Positions 1 through 9,119 of a stretch of DNA of 30,221 bases are shown here, piece by piece. Every line of letters starts with the position of its first letter. The first letter of the stretch is position 1. The stretch is from Terriglobia bacterium. GTDB taxonomy: Bacteria; Acidobacteriota; Terriglobia; 20CM-2-55-15. The notes below the pieces were generated by a model, which saw nothing but the letters and a program-made list of their open reading frames with translations, ran no database searches and was not told where the DNA came from. The stretch lies in contig CBDCLE010000016.1 in the NCBI GenBank assembly GCA_965218585.1, positions 1 to 30,221 on the forward strand, written 5' to 3'. The position numbers were made by a program, and so were the translations under genes.

Positions 1-89
1 TTAGCAAACCGGGCCGAGACAGAAAGAAGAGTCGCCAACTTGAGACGGGGTTCCCCGATCTGCAGGGTCGTAATCGCGTCAGGCCGCAC

Positions 90-1455
90 GAGGTCATTAC
101 AAAAGGTGTGTAAAAGTCATCAGGCGGCGGCCTTCGATTTCATCACGACTCTGATGCCGTCAGCGAATTGCTGACCATCATAGACCTCTTGTAAGAGTTC
201 GGATCCTTTTTAAGTGTCGCCAAGCCTTCTCAGCGACACGTAGTAGCTTCCAGATCATTGCCGTTGCATTCTCGACACGCTTGAATCGGCGAGCGGCGTT
301 GGTGCGGAGGCGAACCATGTCGAAGGGCGACTCGACGATGTTGGTCGTTCTCAGATGCACCCAGTGTTGTTTCGGGAACTCATAGAAAGTAATCATCCGG
401 TCCCAGTCCCGCAACAGCGTCTCACCCGCTTTGGGATAGTTCTTCTCATATCGGCGGACGAACTGATCCCGCTTTCGTTCGCAGGCCGCGCGGGAGTTCG
501 CGAAGGCCATCCCATGAAGCAGCTGTCTGGCCGCGGGCTGCTCGGTCTTCGGCAGATGATCGACCACGTTGATCGACTTGTGGTTCCAGCAGCGTTGTTC
601 CTGGCCCTGGGGCTGTTGCTCGGCCAGCGCGGACCAGATGCCCAGATGACCGTCCGCGACAGTCAGCCGTCCCAGCTTCAGGCCCCGTCTCTGGAGATTG
701 CGCAGAATGCGGCTCCAGGACTCCTTGCTTTCCCGCTGCCCGCTCTCACAGGCCAACACCACTTTGCGCCCGTCTGACAAGGCTCCGATGATCACCCGCA
801 ATGCCGCTCGCTCTTTCGCGATCCCCGCTTTCACGTACAAGCCGTCTGCCCACTGGTACACGACCTCGAGGCCGGACAGGTCCTGCTGGACCCACTCGTC
901 ATACTCCAACTGCCAGGTCGATTTCAGTCGTTGGATCGATGCTCGCGACAACGGAGCGCCAGCGCCAAGCAGTCCGCGCATGGCCTGCTCGAAGTCCCCT
1001 GTGGCCAGACCGTGGAGGTAGAGATCGGGAAGTAGCTCGCCCAGCTGTTTCGATTTCCGTCGAAAATACGGCAGGATCTGACTCTCGAACCGCTCGGCGG
1101 TGTTTCGAACCCGAGGTCGTCGAACCTCCATCGTACCGTTCATCATTGCGAAGCGTCGCGGCTTCCCGTGACCGTTCCGGTATCCTCGTCGATTCGGACT
1201 CCGCTCCGACTTTTCCCGACCCAGAAATTGAGTGACTTCGTCCTCAAGCAGCTCCTGTAGCCAGACTTGGACCCGGGATCGCGCCCAGTCCTCCAAACCT
1301 TCATACGCGTTCGTTGACGCCACTGATGCCGGTATGTTCTTCTTCTTCATGGGTGGTGTACCTTTCTCCCGATTGCTGCCGGGATTGCTTACGGTTTCGA
1401 ATTCACTGAAAGCGTACACCGCCTTCTCTTTTTACACACCGATTGGAACGACCTC
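90..1455 (-). mobile_element. IS256-family insertion sequence, complete (1366 bp)
   Basis: Imperfect terminal IRs GAGGTCATTACAAAAGGTGTGTAAAA (90-115) and the reverse complement of 1430-1455 (GAGGTCGTTCCAATCGGTGTGTAAAA). Perfect 8-bp target-site duplication GGCCGCAC at 82-89 and 1456-1463. Confidence 0.95.
120..1350 (-). CDS. IS256-family (Mutator-type DDE) transposase with a 1-nt frameshift near the C-terminus
   Basis: Motifs YRNGHGKPR, LYLHGLATGDF, WADGLY, QRCWNHK, LRTTNIVES. Removing one T from the run at ~207-211 restores a typical C-terminus (GSELLQEVYDGQQFADG...KAAA*) ending at 120. Start at MKKKN (1350) is inferred. Confidence 0.9.
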
Positions 1456-1466
1456 GGCCGCACTAG

Positions 1467-1492
1467 AAGATGATTTAACGGGCGTTGAGAAT
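1467..1492 (+). repeat. Recombination-site-like repeat copy 1 (spacer plus right arm only)
   Basis: AA-GATGAT-TTAACGGGCGTTGAGAAT matches copies 2-4. The left arm is absent even after removing the IS256 in silico. Confidence 0.75.
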
Positions 1493-1546
1493 GGCAGGTC
1501 GGCAATTCTCAGTAGATCAGAAAGCACACCTCGACAGTCGTCGCGG

Positions 1547-1576
1547 AGAAAAGGCACCCCATTAAGAGGTGCCCTT
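1547..1576 (-). terminator. Probable intrinsic terminator of the 1716-2028 gene
   Basis: GGCACC/GGTGCC stem followed on the minus strand by a T run. Confidence 0.5.
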
Positions 1577-1715
1577 GCCGTTGGACAGAACTACCTGCGC
1601 CCTCTTACTGATGAAAACGGAAAGGGTGGCGAAGTTCGGACACCCAAGCAGCCTGTGCGAAAGAGAGAACTCGGTCTGTTAGTCCTCCTGCTACGGAGGC
1701 AACGTTTGTGACTAC

Positions 1716-2028
1716 TTAGGGAGCGGTACAAGTCCCAGCAATGTGCTGGATTGCGGTGGCCTTCAAAGACTTCGTTGCCGTCATCCTCTGTCATCATCAT
1801 CCCGGTCACGGTCACCTCATGATTCGACGAATGCGGCTCTAGAGCATCGAGGCCGGTCACGATAATCTCCTCACCAGAACTTTTATCGGTCAGGACGTAA
1901 TACCCTTCTCTGTCAGCCTTGTTGAAGCAGCCCGTTGCGCTTTTCTCCTCTTCTTGCGCGGAAATCGCCAACGGCAGCAGAACCAGCGAGATTACCAAAA
2001 CACAGAAAACAATTATTCTTCTCTCCAT
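1716..2028 (-). CDS. Small secreted protein (signal peptide; TGC...HEVTVTG...C beta/OB-like pattern), frameshift at ~1762
   Basis: Hydrophobic N-terminus with an ISA-Q cleavage site and GGAGG RBS upstream. Shifting frame after EVFE gives ATAIQHIAGTCTAP*, supplying a second Cys to pair with TGC. Confidence 0.7.
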
Positions 2029-2175
2029 CGCGGACCTCCTATCAGTTTTAGATGGGACGACATAATCCTACTACGAGCATCCGCTTAATGGCCACACCTT
2101 TCCGCCTCGACTCTAAGTTGTTGGTTTTAAGGGATGACTTAACAGACTCGGTTGTTTCTGTCCTAGGGTAGGAAA

Positions 2176-2213
2176 GTTCAACGTCCGACAAGATGATTTA
2201 ACAGGCGTTGAGA
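2176..2213 (+). repeat. Recombination-site-like repeat copy 2
   Basis: GTTCAACGTCCGACAA-GATGAT-TTAACAGGCGTTGAGA (16-6-16 imperfect inverted repeat). Confidence 0.85.
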
Positions 2214-2296
2214 ATGGATTTCACGTCGTGGTCAAACACGTCAACGCGCAGCAGGTTCGCGTCGGCAGACGAACCGGATCCAGTGGGGGTTCGTTT

Positions 2297-2352
2297 AAAT
2301 GAAAATGACTTTCATTTGCATATTGACACTTCCGAATGCCGAACGAAATAAT
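2297..2352 (+). promoter_or_regulatory. Fur-box-like operator next to a sigma70-type promoter
   Basis: Palindrome AAATGAAAATGACTTTCATTT (2297-2317), whose core TGAAAAT-G-ACTTTCA resembles the Fur 7-1-7 TGATAAT-N-ATTATCA. TTGACA at 2323-2328 and AATAAT 18 nt downstream. Confidence 0.65.
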
Positions 2353-2399
2353 AATGGGTCCCGGATTCATTCCACCTATCAGTCAGGGAGCCAAATTCC

Positions 2400-3029
2400 A
2401 TGCGTTTTTTAACTTTGTTCACAGTGTGCCTGGGCCTTATGGTCGGCACCGCCAGCGCCCAGGTCGGCGAGAACCAGGGGCTCGTCAATCCCAACCTGGC
2501 AACCGCGTCGGAACTCCGTGCGCTGCCCCATGTCACCGACGCTGTGGCGGCGGCCATCGAAAGCAACCGGCCCTTTCTTTCCGCAATCCAGCTCGACGGG
2601 ATACTTGCGCGCTCCCTCGGCGAGTCCCAGCGCAGCGAGTTGTACTCCCGCCTGTTCCGCCCCATGAGTCTCAATACCGCAAGTGGAGACGAAATCAAGC
2701 TGATTCCCGGCATGAGCGACCGGATGGTGCATGAATTCGAGGAGTACCGGCCCTACACCAGCATGGAACAGTTCCGTCGTGAAATCGGCAAGTACGTCGA
2801 CGACGACGAAGTGGCGCGCTTCCAGCAGTACGTGTTCGCGCCCATGAACCTCAACGACGCCTCCTCGGAGGACTTCATGACCATTCCGGGCATGACAGCG
2901 CGCATGGTGCGCGAATTCGAGGAATACCGGCCCTACACCAGCATGGAACAGTTCCGCACGCGAAATCGGCCAAGTACTGTCGATGAGGACGAAGTGGCGC
3001 GCCTGGAAAGCTACGTCACGCTGGACTGA
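2400..3029 (+). CDS. Secreted helix-hairpin-helix (ComEA/HHH_3-like) repeat protein
   Basis: Signal peptide (ASA-Q). Three 'NLN.AS..E/D...IPG' HhH modules. Near-identical internal duplication of EFEEYRPYTSMEQFR. Confidence 0.8.
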   Translation: MRFLTLFTVCLGLMVGTASAQVGENQGLVNPNLATASELRALPHVTDAVAAAIESNRPFLSAIQLDGILARSLGESQRSELYSRLFRPMSLNTASGDEIKLIPGMSDRMVHEFEEYRPYTSMEQFRREIGKYVDDDEVARFQQYVFAPMNLNDASSEDFMTIPGMTARMVREFEEYRPYTSMEQFRTRNRPSTVDEDEVARLESYVTLD

Positions 3030-3040
3030 ACAGTTGGCGA

Positions 3041-3679
3041 GTGAGCACGACGTGCGGCCGTTGTCTCGATGGACGCGTCTGCTGAACGCATACTGGCCTC
3101 TGTGGACACTCCTAGGTTCTGCCGGGCGCCTACTGGACCTATATCTACTGGCAGGGCACGAGTTTTTACGGGGAGTACCTGCATGCCACAGGGGAACTGG
3201 CCGCACGGTTGCTGATCGCCGCCATGGCGGTGACGCCACTGCGGCTGATGTTCCCGAATACGGCCCTGGCGGACTGGCTGCTGCCCCGGCGCCGCCAACC
3301 TGGGCGTGGCCACGTTCGGCTATGCCCTGCTGCATACCGGGGCCTATATCATTCGCCAGCCGTTCGCGAGGATCGTCGAGGAAGCCATGGAAAATCGCCC
3401 ATGTGGACCGGCTGGCTGGCGTTTCTCCTCATGCTGGCGCTGGCCGTTACCAGCAACGACGCCTCCGAGCGCCTCATGAAGCACGGCTGGAAAGCCTTGC
3501 ACCGAGCGGTCTATGCCGTCGCCTTACTGACCTATGCGCATTGGGTTCTGTCCGCATTCAATCCCGTGCCCGGCTACATCCACCTGGGTGTACTGGCAGC
3601 GCTGGAATCTGTGCGGGTATGGCGAAGCTGGACGAATCGGCGGGAAGCGCAGGAGATCGGGGCTTCCTCCACGATGTGA
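3041..3679 (+). CDS. Ferric reductase-like transmembrane protein (MsrQ/YedZ family), several frameshifts
   Basis: Motifs across frames: L.VTPLR, RRRQ.G, LLHTG, LALAVTSND, GWKALHRAVY, YAHW (heme-ligating His pattern). Start is approximate. Confidence 0.8.
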
Positions 3680-3813
3680 CGATCTTCGGATATAGAAAAA
3701 TTGCGATGGCTGCCGTTTCTGCCGCGGCTCAAGAATCCGGTGGCCGACTCAGCGAGATTGGGTGAGAATACGAGGACTGTACCCACTTGCTCTTGCAACT
3801 AGCGACCCTCCGC

Positions 3814-4536
3814 TCATCTACCCGGTAACGCTGAATTATTCCGGATTGAAATGTCCCTGTACCACACTTCGGACGCGGCCACCTTCATGCAGCTGCAGAC
3901 ATACGAGACCACTTTCTGGAACTTGCCCTTCTCGACTGTCGTTACACCATTGAGCCGAATCTCGATTCGTGTCCCGACGGCCGTGATGGCGACATCGTTC
4001 CAGTCGTCCCTAAGCAGGACTCCTTCAACGACAGCGCGGTCAGCCACTGCTAAGAGCCACCGATTGAATCGGAATATCGGGATGCGTCCTTGGCGAAACT
4101 CGTCCAACAGACTACCCCAAAGAGGGTATGGTCGAACCGTGTCGGTAGGCACCGCGTTTGATAATCTTGAGATCAACTCCCCTGCGATGAATCCCATGTC
4201 AGCTTGGTAACCCGCCACTTCGCTCGAATCGGGAATTCTCTGACTTCGGAAATGTACGCCAGCGTTCTCTCTTCCCCTGATGAGGGCCCTCAGACGCAGT
4301 TCGAAGTTATCAAACTCCTCGGTCGTGCAGAGGTATTCGTTTTGAGGAATTGGCGCTTCCAGCGTGCCTCCAACGATAGCTCCGTCAACAACCCGAAAGG
4401 CGGCGCTAGCTCCGTCCCACCCGTTAAGCGACCGGCCATCAAAAAGCGCAACAAAGTCGCTTGCCTGTCCACTGGCATGAGAGGCCCCTGCGAACAGCAC
4501 CATCAGCACCAAGAATCCCGACCTGATCACTGCCAT
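3814..4536 (-). CDS. DUF1080 / 3-keto-disaccharide hydrolase-family secreted protein, probable indels in the C-terminal part
   Basis: LFDGRSLNGW, YLCTTEEFDNFELRL, NAGVHFRS, GYQAD, DDWN, EVWYRDISI; signal peptide. Confidence 0.85.
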   Translation of the reverse strand: MAVIRSGFLVLMVLFAGASHASGQASDFVALFDGRSLNGWDGASAAFRVVDGAIVGGTLEAPIPQNEYLCTTEEFDNFELRLRALIRGRENAGVHFRSQRIPDSSEVAGYQADMGFIAGELISRLSNAVPTDTVRPYPLWGSLLDEFRQGRIPIFRFNRWLLAVADRAVVEGVLLRDDWNDVAITAVGTRIEIRLNGVTTVEKGKFQKVVSYVCSCMKVAASEVWYRDISIRNNSALPGR

Positions 4537-4588
4537 TAACCTCGATCATTTGAAGTCGATAACAGCAGCACGCTGCAAAAAAACCAAA

Positions 4589-4626
4589 TCTCAACGTCCA
4601 ACAAGATGATTTATCAGGCGTTGAGA
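4589..4626 (+). repeat. Recombination-site-like repeat copy 3
   Basis: TCTCAACGTCCAACAA-GATGAT-TTATCAGGCGTTGAGA. Confidence 0.85.
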
Positions 4627-4714
4627 ATCATTTTCATGGTCGTTCATGGCACGGACACCCGCTCCTCCAGTTCTTCAAAAACGCGGGCATGGTTGGTGAT
4701 GGGCCGGGTGCAGG

Positions 4715-5428
4715 TTATGGCCGATCCACCGACGGTTCTGGCTCCGCGTTTCGGGCAACCCGGAAGCCGTAGTCGGTATAACGGTACTCGGGCGGAAGAC
4801 TGCTGCGATGGGCGGTCCTGGACGCCTTGACCGCGTGCCTCCAGGAGCCACCACGCGAAACGCGCCGGGTGCCTGAGCGTGGACCCTGGGGATTGTGTCC
4901 GGGTGAGACCCTATAATAGTCTGCCGCATACCAGTCCAGACACCATTCGTGAACGTTGTCACCCATGTTGTAAAGTCTGTAACCGTTGGGACCGTGTTCA
5001 GCGACGCGGCGGGGCGCAATCCACTCGTCCTGATAATACGGAAGAGTGTCGGGCGCCTCATTACCCCATGCGTAATCTGCGGCATCGTCACCTCCCCTGC
5101 AGGCTTTCTCCCATTCCGCCTCGGTCGGCAATCGATACTCCCGTCCACTGGAACGAGACAACCAATCGCAGTAAGCAACCGCATCAAACCAGTTCACACC
5201 GACCACTGGCTGTTCAGGATGTGAGAACGCAGGGTCAGCCCAATTGCGGGGTTCTTCGTGATCCGTCTCTTCTAGGAACCGGACATACTCACACCGCCTC
5301 ACCGTTGTCGACGCGATCTCGTATCCGTCGGTGTGCACCCGGTGCCGCGGTCGCTCCTGTTTGAAGTGACTATCCGATCCCATCCAGAACGGGCCTGAGG
5401 GCACGCGGATCATCGAACCCGGAGTCAT
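4715..5428 (-). CDS. Formylglycine-generating enzyme (SUMF1/EgtB/PvdO) family protein
   Basis: GPFWMGS, ERPRHRV, PVVGVNWFDAVAYCDW, YRLPTEAEWEKACRGG, NGYRLYNMGDNVHEWC, RGGSW, GFRVA. Confidence 0.92.
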   Translation of the reverse strand: MTPGSMIRVPSGPFWMGSDSHFKQERPRHRVHTDGYEIASTTVRRCEYVRFLEETDHEEPRNWADPAFSHPEQPVVGVNWFDAVAYCDWLSRSSGREYRLPTEAEWEKACRGGDDAADYAWGNEAPDTLPYYQDEWIAPRRVAEHGPNGYRLYNMGDNVHEWCLDWYAADYYRVSPGHNPQGPRSGTRRVSRGGSWRHAVKASRTAHRSSLPPEYRYTDYGFRVARNAEPEPSVDRP

Positions 5429-5534
5429 CCTCAGACCATAGTCGGACAAACCAAAAGGGTAAAGCTTTTCGTAGAAGACAGGTTGGGTGTTGAAATTCAG
5501 CAACCTTATAAGAAACCGCTGTATTTCGGCCAAT

Positions 5535-5572
5535 TCTCAACGTCCGACAAGATGATTTGTCAGGACTTGACC
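5535..5572 (+). repeat. Recombination-site-like repeat copy 4 (divergent right arm)
   Basis: TCTCAACGTCCGACAA-GATGAT-TTGTCAGGACTTGACC. Confidence 0.85.
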
Positions 5573-5679
5573 TCATTAAGTCCGAATCACATAAGGGTCC
5601 AACAGGAAACGCAGCAACCTCTGAATTAGAGGAAGCTGTTCCTGTCGATCGATCGACACGCCGAAAGCGCCCTGCCAGC

Positions 5680-6465
5680 TTACATACCGGCCACCACATA
5701 CTTCGTGAACGCAGAGCCCGCATCGCTGAGCGAGGCCGGTCCCTCGGCCACGAAGACGTTACCGTCCTCGTCCACTCCCACGCCCTCTCCCGTCACGCCA
5801 TGGTTCGGCCGGCTGTCGGACTCCCACGGCGGAATGAAGCCCACGAGCACGTCCCGATCGACAGGTCCGATGCGGACGCCGTTCCTCCAGTTGATGTGCC
5901 GGAGCCGATTGGACTCGGAGTCGATGGCGTACACCATCTCGTCCTCGGTGATGAAGAGGTCGCTGATGCGCCCGTACTGATAGCGCGATTCCAGGTAGTT
6001 ACCCTCTTGGTCGAAGATCTCGAGGCGGTGGTTGCCACGGTCCGCGACCCAGAGCCGGCCCTCAGCGTCGAACTCCAGGGCGTGCGGCGTGCGGAACTGA
6101 CCGTGATCCGTGCCGATCTCTCCCCACTCCATGATGTACTCGCCGTCGGCGGAGTATTTGACGATGCGGCCGGTCAGCCCCGCCGCGCGGGCCTCGGCCA
6201 TCTGTTCGTCTGTCGTCAAGTTCTGCCCGGTGTGGCCGTCTGCGACGAAGATGCTCCCGTCGGGCGCGACGATCACGTCAATGGGCTGGTTGAGGTGATC
6301 GGGGCCGTTCCTGGGCTGGCCGGCGATACCGAGGCTGAGGAGCAGTTCTCCGGTCGGGCTGAACTTGTGGACTTGGTGACCTTTGGTGCCGTCGTCGTTG
6401 CCGGCGAAGTCCGTCACCCAGACGTTTCCCTCGCCGTCCGCGTAAATGCCGTGGGGCGTCACGAA
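5680..6465 (-). pseudogene. NHL-repeat beta-propeller protein (PAL-like), 5'-truncated at the adjacent IS
   Basis: Repeats PHGIYAD..GNVWVTD, PIDVIVAPDGSIFVADG, PHALEFD..GRLWVADRGNHR. It begins mid-repeat (FVTPHG) with no signal peptide, right at the transposase stop. Confidence 0.8.
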
Positions 6466-6467
6466 GG

Positions 6468-7739
6468 TTAGCCGGGATCGGGGAGTTCCGCCTCAATCGG
6501 GGCTCGGTCTGCATCTGCGTCGCAGTTCGGGGACACAAGGGCGGCGCGCACGATGTCGTCCGTTAGCGTGGGAGAGGCCAGTTCCTTCGCATGTCTCCAG
6601 AATGCATCCTGGAGTTTCTCAAGCTGTCGTAGGAGATCGACCGGATCCGAACGTTCATAAATCGCAGCAAGGCGAACGCGAACCTCCGGGTCGAGCGCAT
6701 CCGAATTCGAGAGCCGTTGATAGGGTGTTTGCGCGATATCGTAGCGTTTCGTCACCCGGGATCCATCGCGAGTCTTCGTCGTGAGCTTCATGGACGGCTG
6801 GAAGAAGTTCACGTAGAGCCGGACCACTCGGTAGAGCTCGGCAAGCTGCCTGTATGCCAGTGAGCCTTCGTAGCGGTCGTAGCCGACCAATTGGCGGACG
6901 ATCGAGCCGTTCTTCTGTTCGACGAAGCACTGGTCGTTCTTCCGGCGCGCCCGGCCTCGGGTGAATTGAATCGTTTCACGCTCGCAGTAGGCGAGGAGTC
7001 CGTAGTTCATGAACTCGGAACCGTTATCCGTGTCCAGGCCGACAAGCTGAAACGGAAGGATCTGCCGTGCCGTCGTGAGCGCCTGCAGAATGTCCGCCTC
7101 CGTACGCCGTAGCAACGCCAGACATTCGGTCCAGCCGGTCGCCACGTCGGTCAGTACCAGGGTGTGGAGGAAAGGGCCTTCCGAGTTCCCGCCGCAGTGT
7201 GCAACCAAGTCCGCTTCCATGAATCCCGGCCGCGTGTCCGCCCAGTCGGCGAATGTGCGAATCGGAACGCGGTGTTTGAGTAACTGTCCGGACTTGGTGG
7301 TGGTCTTGCCGTGCGGTCGATGATCGAATCGGAATTGACGGAAGATCCGATCAGCCGTGGCGGCGCTCAGCTCAAGCAGATCCGCCCGCGTTTTATCAGA
7401 CAATGACAGATGCCCGTGACGCTCCATGGTCGGGATCAGCTCCGGCAGAAACGGAACGAGCCGTTTGCCACAGACATCATTGACTGTGCGCCAGGCCGCG
7501 ATCAGGGCGGCCTGCACCGCGGGGCCGTATCGACGGACCCGGCCGCGCGGTTGCCGTCGGGGCCGTTCGCCCCTCAGAATGTCGTTCAGAAGCCGTGTCG
7601 CGTGCTTCCGATGGAACCCGGTCGATTCAAGGAACTCATCCAGGATTCGCTTCTTCTCCGGTCGCGCCGCATTCTTGTAGCGAACCGCCGTTCGTAGAGC
7701 TAATTCTCGCCTTGCCGCAACAGTCATGTGTGTCCTCAC
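6468..7739 (-). CDS. DDE (rve integrase-core) transposase, ISNCY/IS481-related type
   Basis: GFMEADLVAHCGG, LTDVATGWTE, LDTDNGSEF, KNDQCFVEQKN catalytic motifs; N-terminal HTH; GGAGG upstream. Confidence 0.88.
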   Translation of the reverse strand: MRTHMTVAARRELALRTAVRYKNAARPEKKRILDEFLESTGFHRKHATRLLNDILRGERPRRQPRGRVRRYGPAVQAALIAAWRTVNDVCGKRLVPFLPELIPTMERHGHLSLSDKTRADLLELSAATADRIFRQFRFDHRPHGKTTTKSGQLLKHRVPIRTFADWADTRPGFMEADLVAHCGGNSEGPFLHTLVLTDVATGWTECLALLRRTEADILQALTTARQILPFQLVGLDTDNGSEFMNYGLLAYCERETIQFTRGRARRKNDQCFVEQKNGSIVRQLVGYDRYEGSLAYRQLAELYRVVRLYVNFFQPSMKLTTKTRDGSRVTKRYDIAQTPYQRLSNSDALDPEVRVRLAAIYERSDPVDLLRQLEKLQDAFWRHAKELASPTLTDDIVRAALVSPNCDADADRAPIEAELPDPG

Positions 7740-7765
7740 TTCCCACCTCCGTTCTCATAGAGTTG

Positions 7766-7823
7766 GGTAACATTTCTAATGAGGCAACAACCCTCAGTTC
7801 GGTAACATTTTCAATGAGTCAAT
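7766..7823. repeat. Two 23-bp direct repeats forming the upstream end of the rve element
   Basis: GGTAACATTTCTAATGAGGCAAC (7766-7788) and GGTAACATTTTCAATGAGTCAAT (7801-7823). No matching end is visible near 6468. Confidence 0.7.
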
Positions 7824-7909
7824 GCGGCCGGGAGTTTTGATTGTCGCTGATCACAGAGGTGACCTCCCGATTCCAGTCCTCGCCGAGGCTGTTGAGATAG
7901 AATGGCCGA

Positions 7910-8316
7910 ATGAAGCGGTGGATTCTAGCGCTCGCCATAGCGATTGCCATCCAGTCGTGGCAGCCCATGCTCATCATTCGATCGCGGGCATGTACGACAA
8001 CGCTCAGCAGGTGACCATAGAGGGGATCGTCAAGCAGTTTCAGTTCGTCAATCCACATCCATTCGTGACGATCGAGGTCACTGGTGAGAGTGGTGGCGCA
8101 GAGCATTGGCTGCTTGAGATGGACAACCGTTCGGAGCTTGTCCGGGCTGGTATCAACAGCGAAACACTGAAAGAGGGCGATCGGATCACGATCATGGGCA
8201 GTCCCGCCCGCCGCGAATCACAGCGTCTCTACATCCAGAGGCTTCATCGTTCCAGAGATGGTTTCGGGTACGAGCAGGTTCGTAATAGCCCACGACTTCT
8301 TACGCCATCGCGGTGA
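7910..8316 (+). CDS. DUF6152-family secreted protein, frameshift in the signal peptide (~7950)
   Basis: MKRWILALAIAIAI joins PVVAAHAHHS.A.YD in another frame; F.FVNPH, W.LEM and LKEGDRITI.G.P motifs. Confidence 0.8.
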
Positions 8317-8493
8317 GTTTTCGATTATCGCCCCCGCGCTCGATGGCGGCCCTTCCTACCTGTAACAGCATCCAATAGCCAGCACAGCGGTAGATCGGCG
8401 AGATGTCCGAACTGCAAGCACGAGATCAGCGAGAAGACGTTGGTGGAGAGAGGATAAACGCCTGCAAATCACGCCGCCGAGGACGTGGGAACC

Positions 8494-9051
8494 TTACAGT
8501 CGATTTATTCTGTATTGGAGGTAAAACAGTTGCAAGAAGAAGGTCGCAATGCCAGACATCGACGCCCCCGCCTTCCATTCCAATGAGAAGTGATCACTCA
8601 ATATATTCTTTACGGCAAAGCATTGGATGATAAGGATTATTGCAGCGATGCTATTCAGGAGGTCGTTAATCAGATCAAGAGTTTCCATCAATTCTACAGC
8701 TTCAACAAATTCAGCCCCTCCTGCAGCGAATTCAAACAAGAGACTTGCACTAAATAGGACGATCGCAACAATGAATACCCCTGAACCAAGTTTTCGCTTG
8801 GAGTTCAGCTTGTTTAAGGCCTTCCTTCTGGTGAGGAACCACGCAGGATAGTAAATTCCAGCAGTGATGATCACGAATAAGATGACAAGCAGAACACTGG
8901 TCCGCTTTATCTCATGAGGGGGCGCGCTATCTCCTTGGTTGCCATGCAGATATGAGACTGCCATCTCTTTCGTCGTGAAATCATAGCCGCAGTCACAACG
9001 CGCTGCTGTGTCAGGGTTGACCAAGTTGCAGTTCGGGCAATTTACGGACAT
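8494..9051 (-). CDS. Membrane protein with N-terminal zinc ribbon and DUF4234-like TM domain
   Basis: CPNC...CDCGY, IITAGIY.PAW and YLQYRIN; several TM segments; visibly lower GC than the neighbours. Confidence 0.72.
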   Translation of the reverse strand: MSVNCPNCNLVNPDTAARCDCGYDFTTKEMAVSYLHGNQGDSAPPHEIKRTSVLLVILFVIITAGIYYPAWFLTRRKALNKLNSKRKLGSGVFIVAIVLFSASLLFEFAAGGAEFVEAVELMETLDLINDLLNSIAAIILIIQCFAVKNILSDHFSLEWKAGASMSGIATFFLQLFYLQYRINRL

Positions 9052-9119
9052 TGAGGTTTCTCAGACCTCAGTGGTCACTTCAAAACCGGCCAACGGGCAT
9101 GGCCCGGGACGGTGTAGTT

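Noticed and set aside
2114-2150. TAAGT...GATGACTTAACAG near site 2
   Set aside because: Resembles the spacer plus the start of a right arm, but the match is too short to call.
1467-5572. Repeats as a CRISPR array or classical integron attC sites
   Set aside because: Spacing is 0.7-2.4 kb and contains whole genes; no cas or intI gene; no RYYYAAC...GTTRRRY ends.
7872-7897. CAGTCCTCGCC...GGCTGTTGAGA as a collapsed sixth site
   Set aside because: Only short partial arm matches, with no spacer or correct geometry.
8350-8457. Fragment reading RCPNCKHEISEKTLVERG*
   Set aside because: Possibly a zinc-ribbon gene remnant, but it has no start or second Cys pair; insufficient support.
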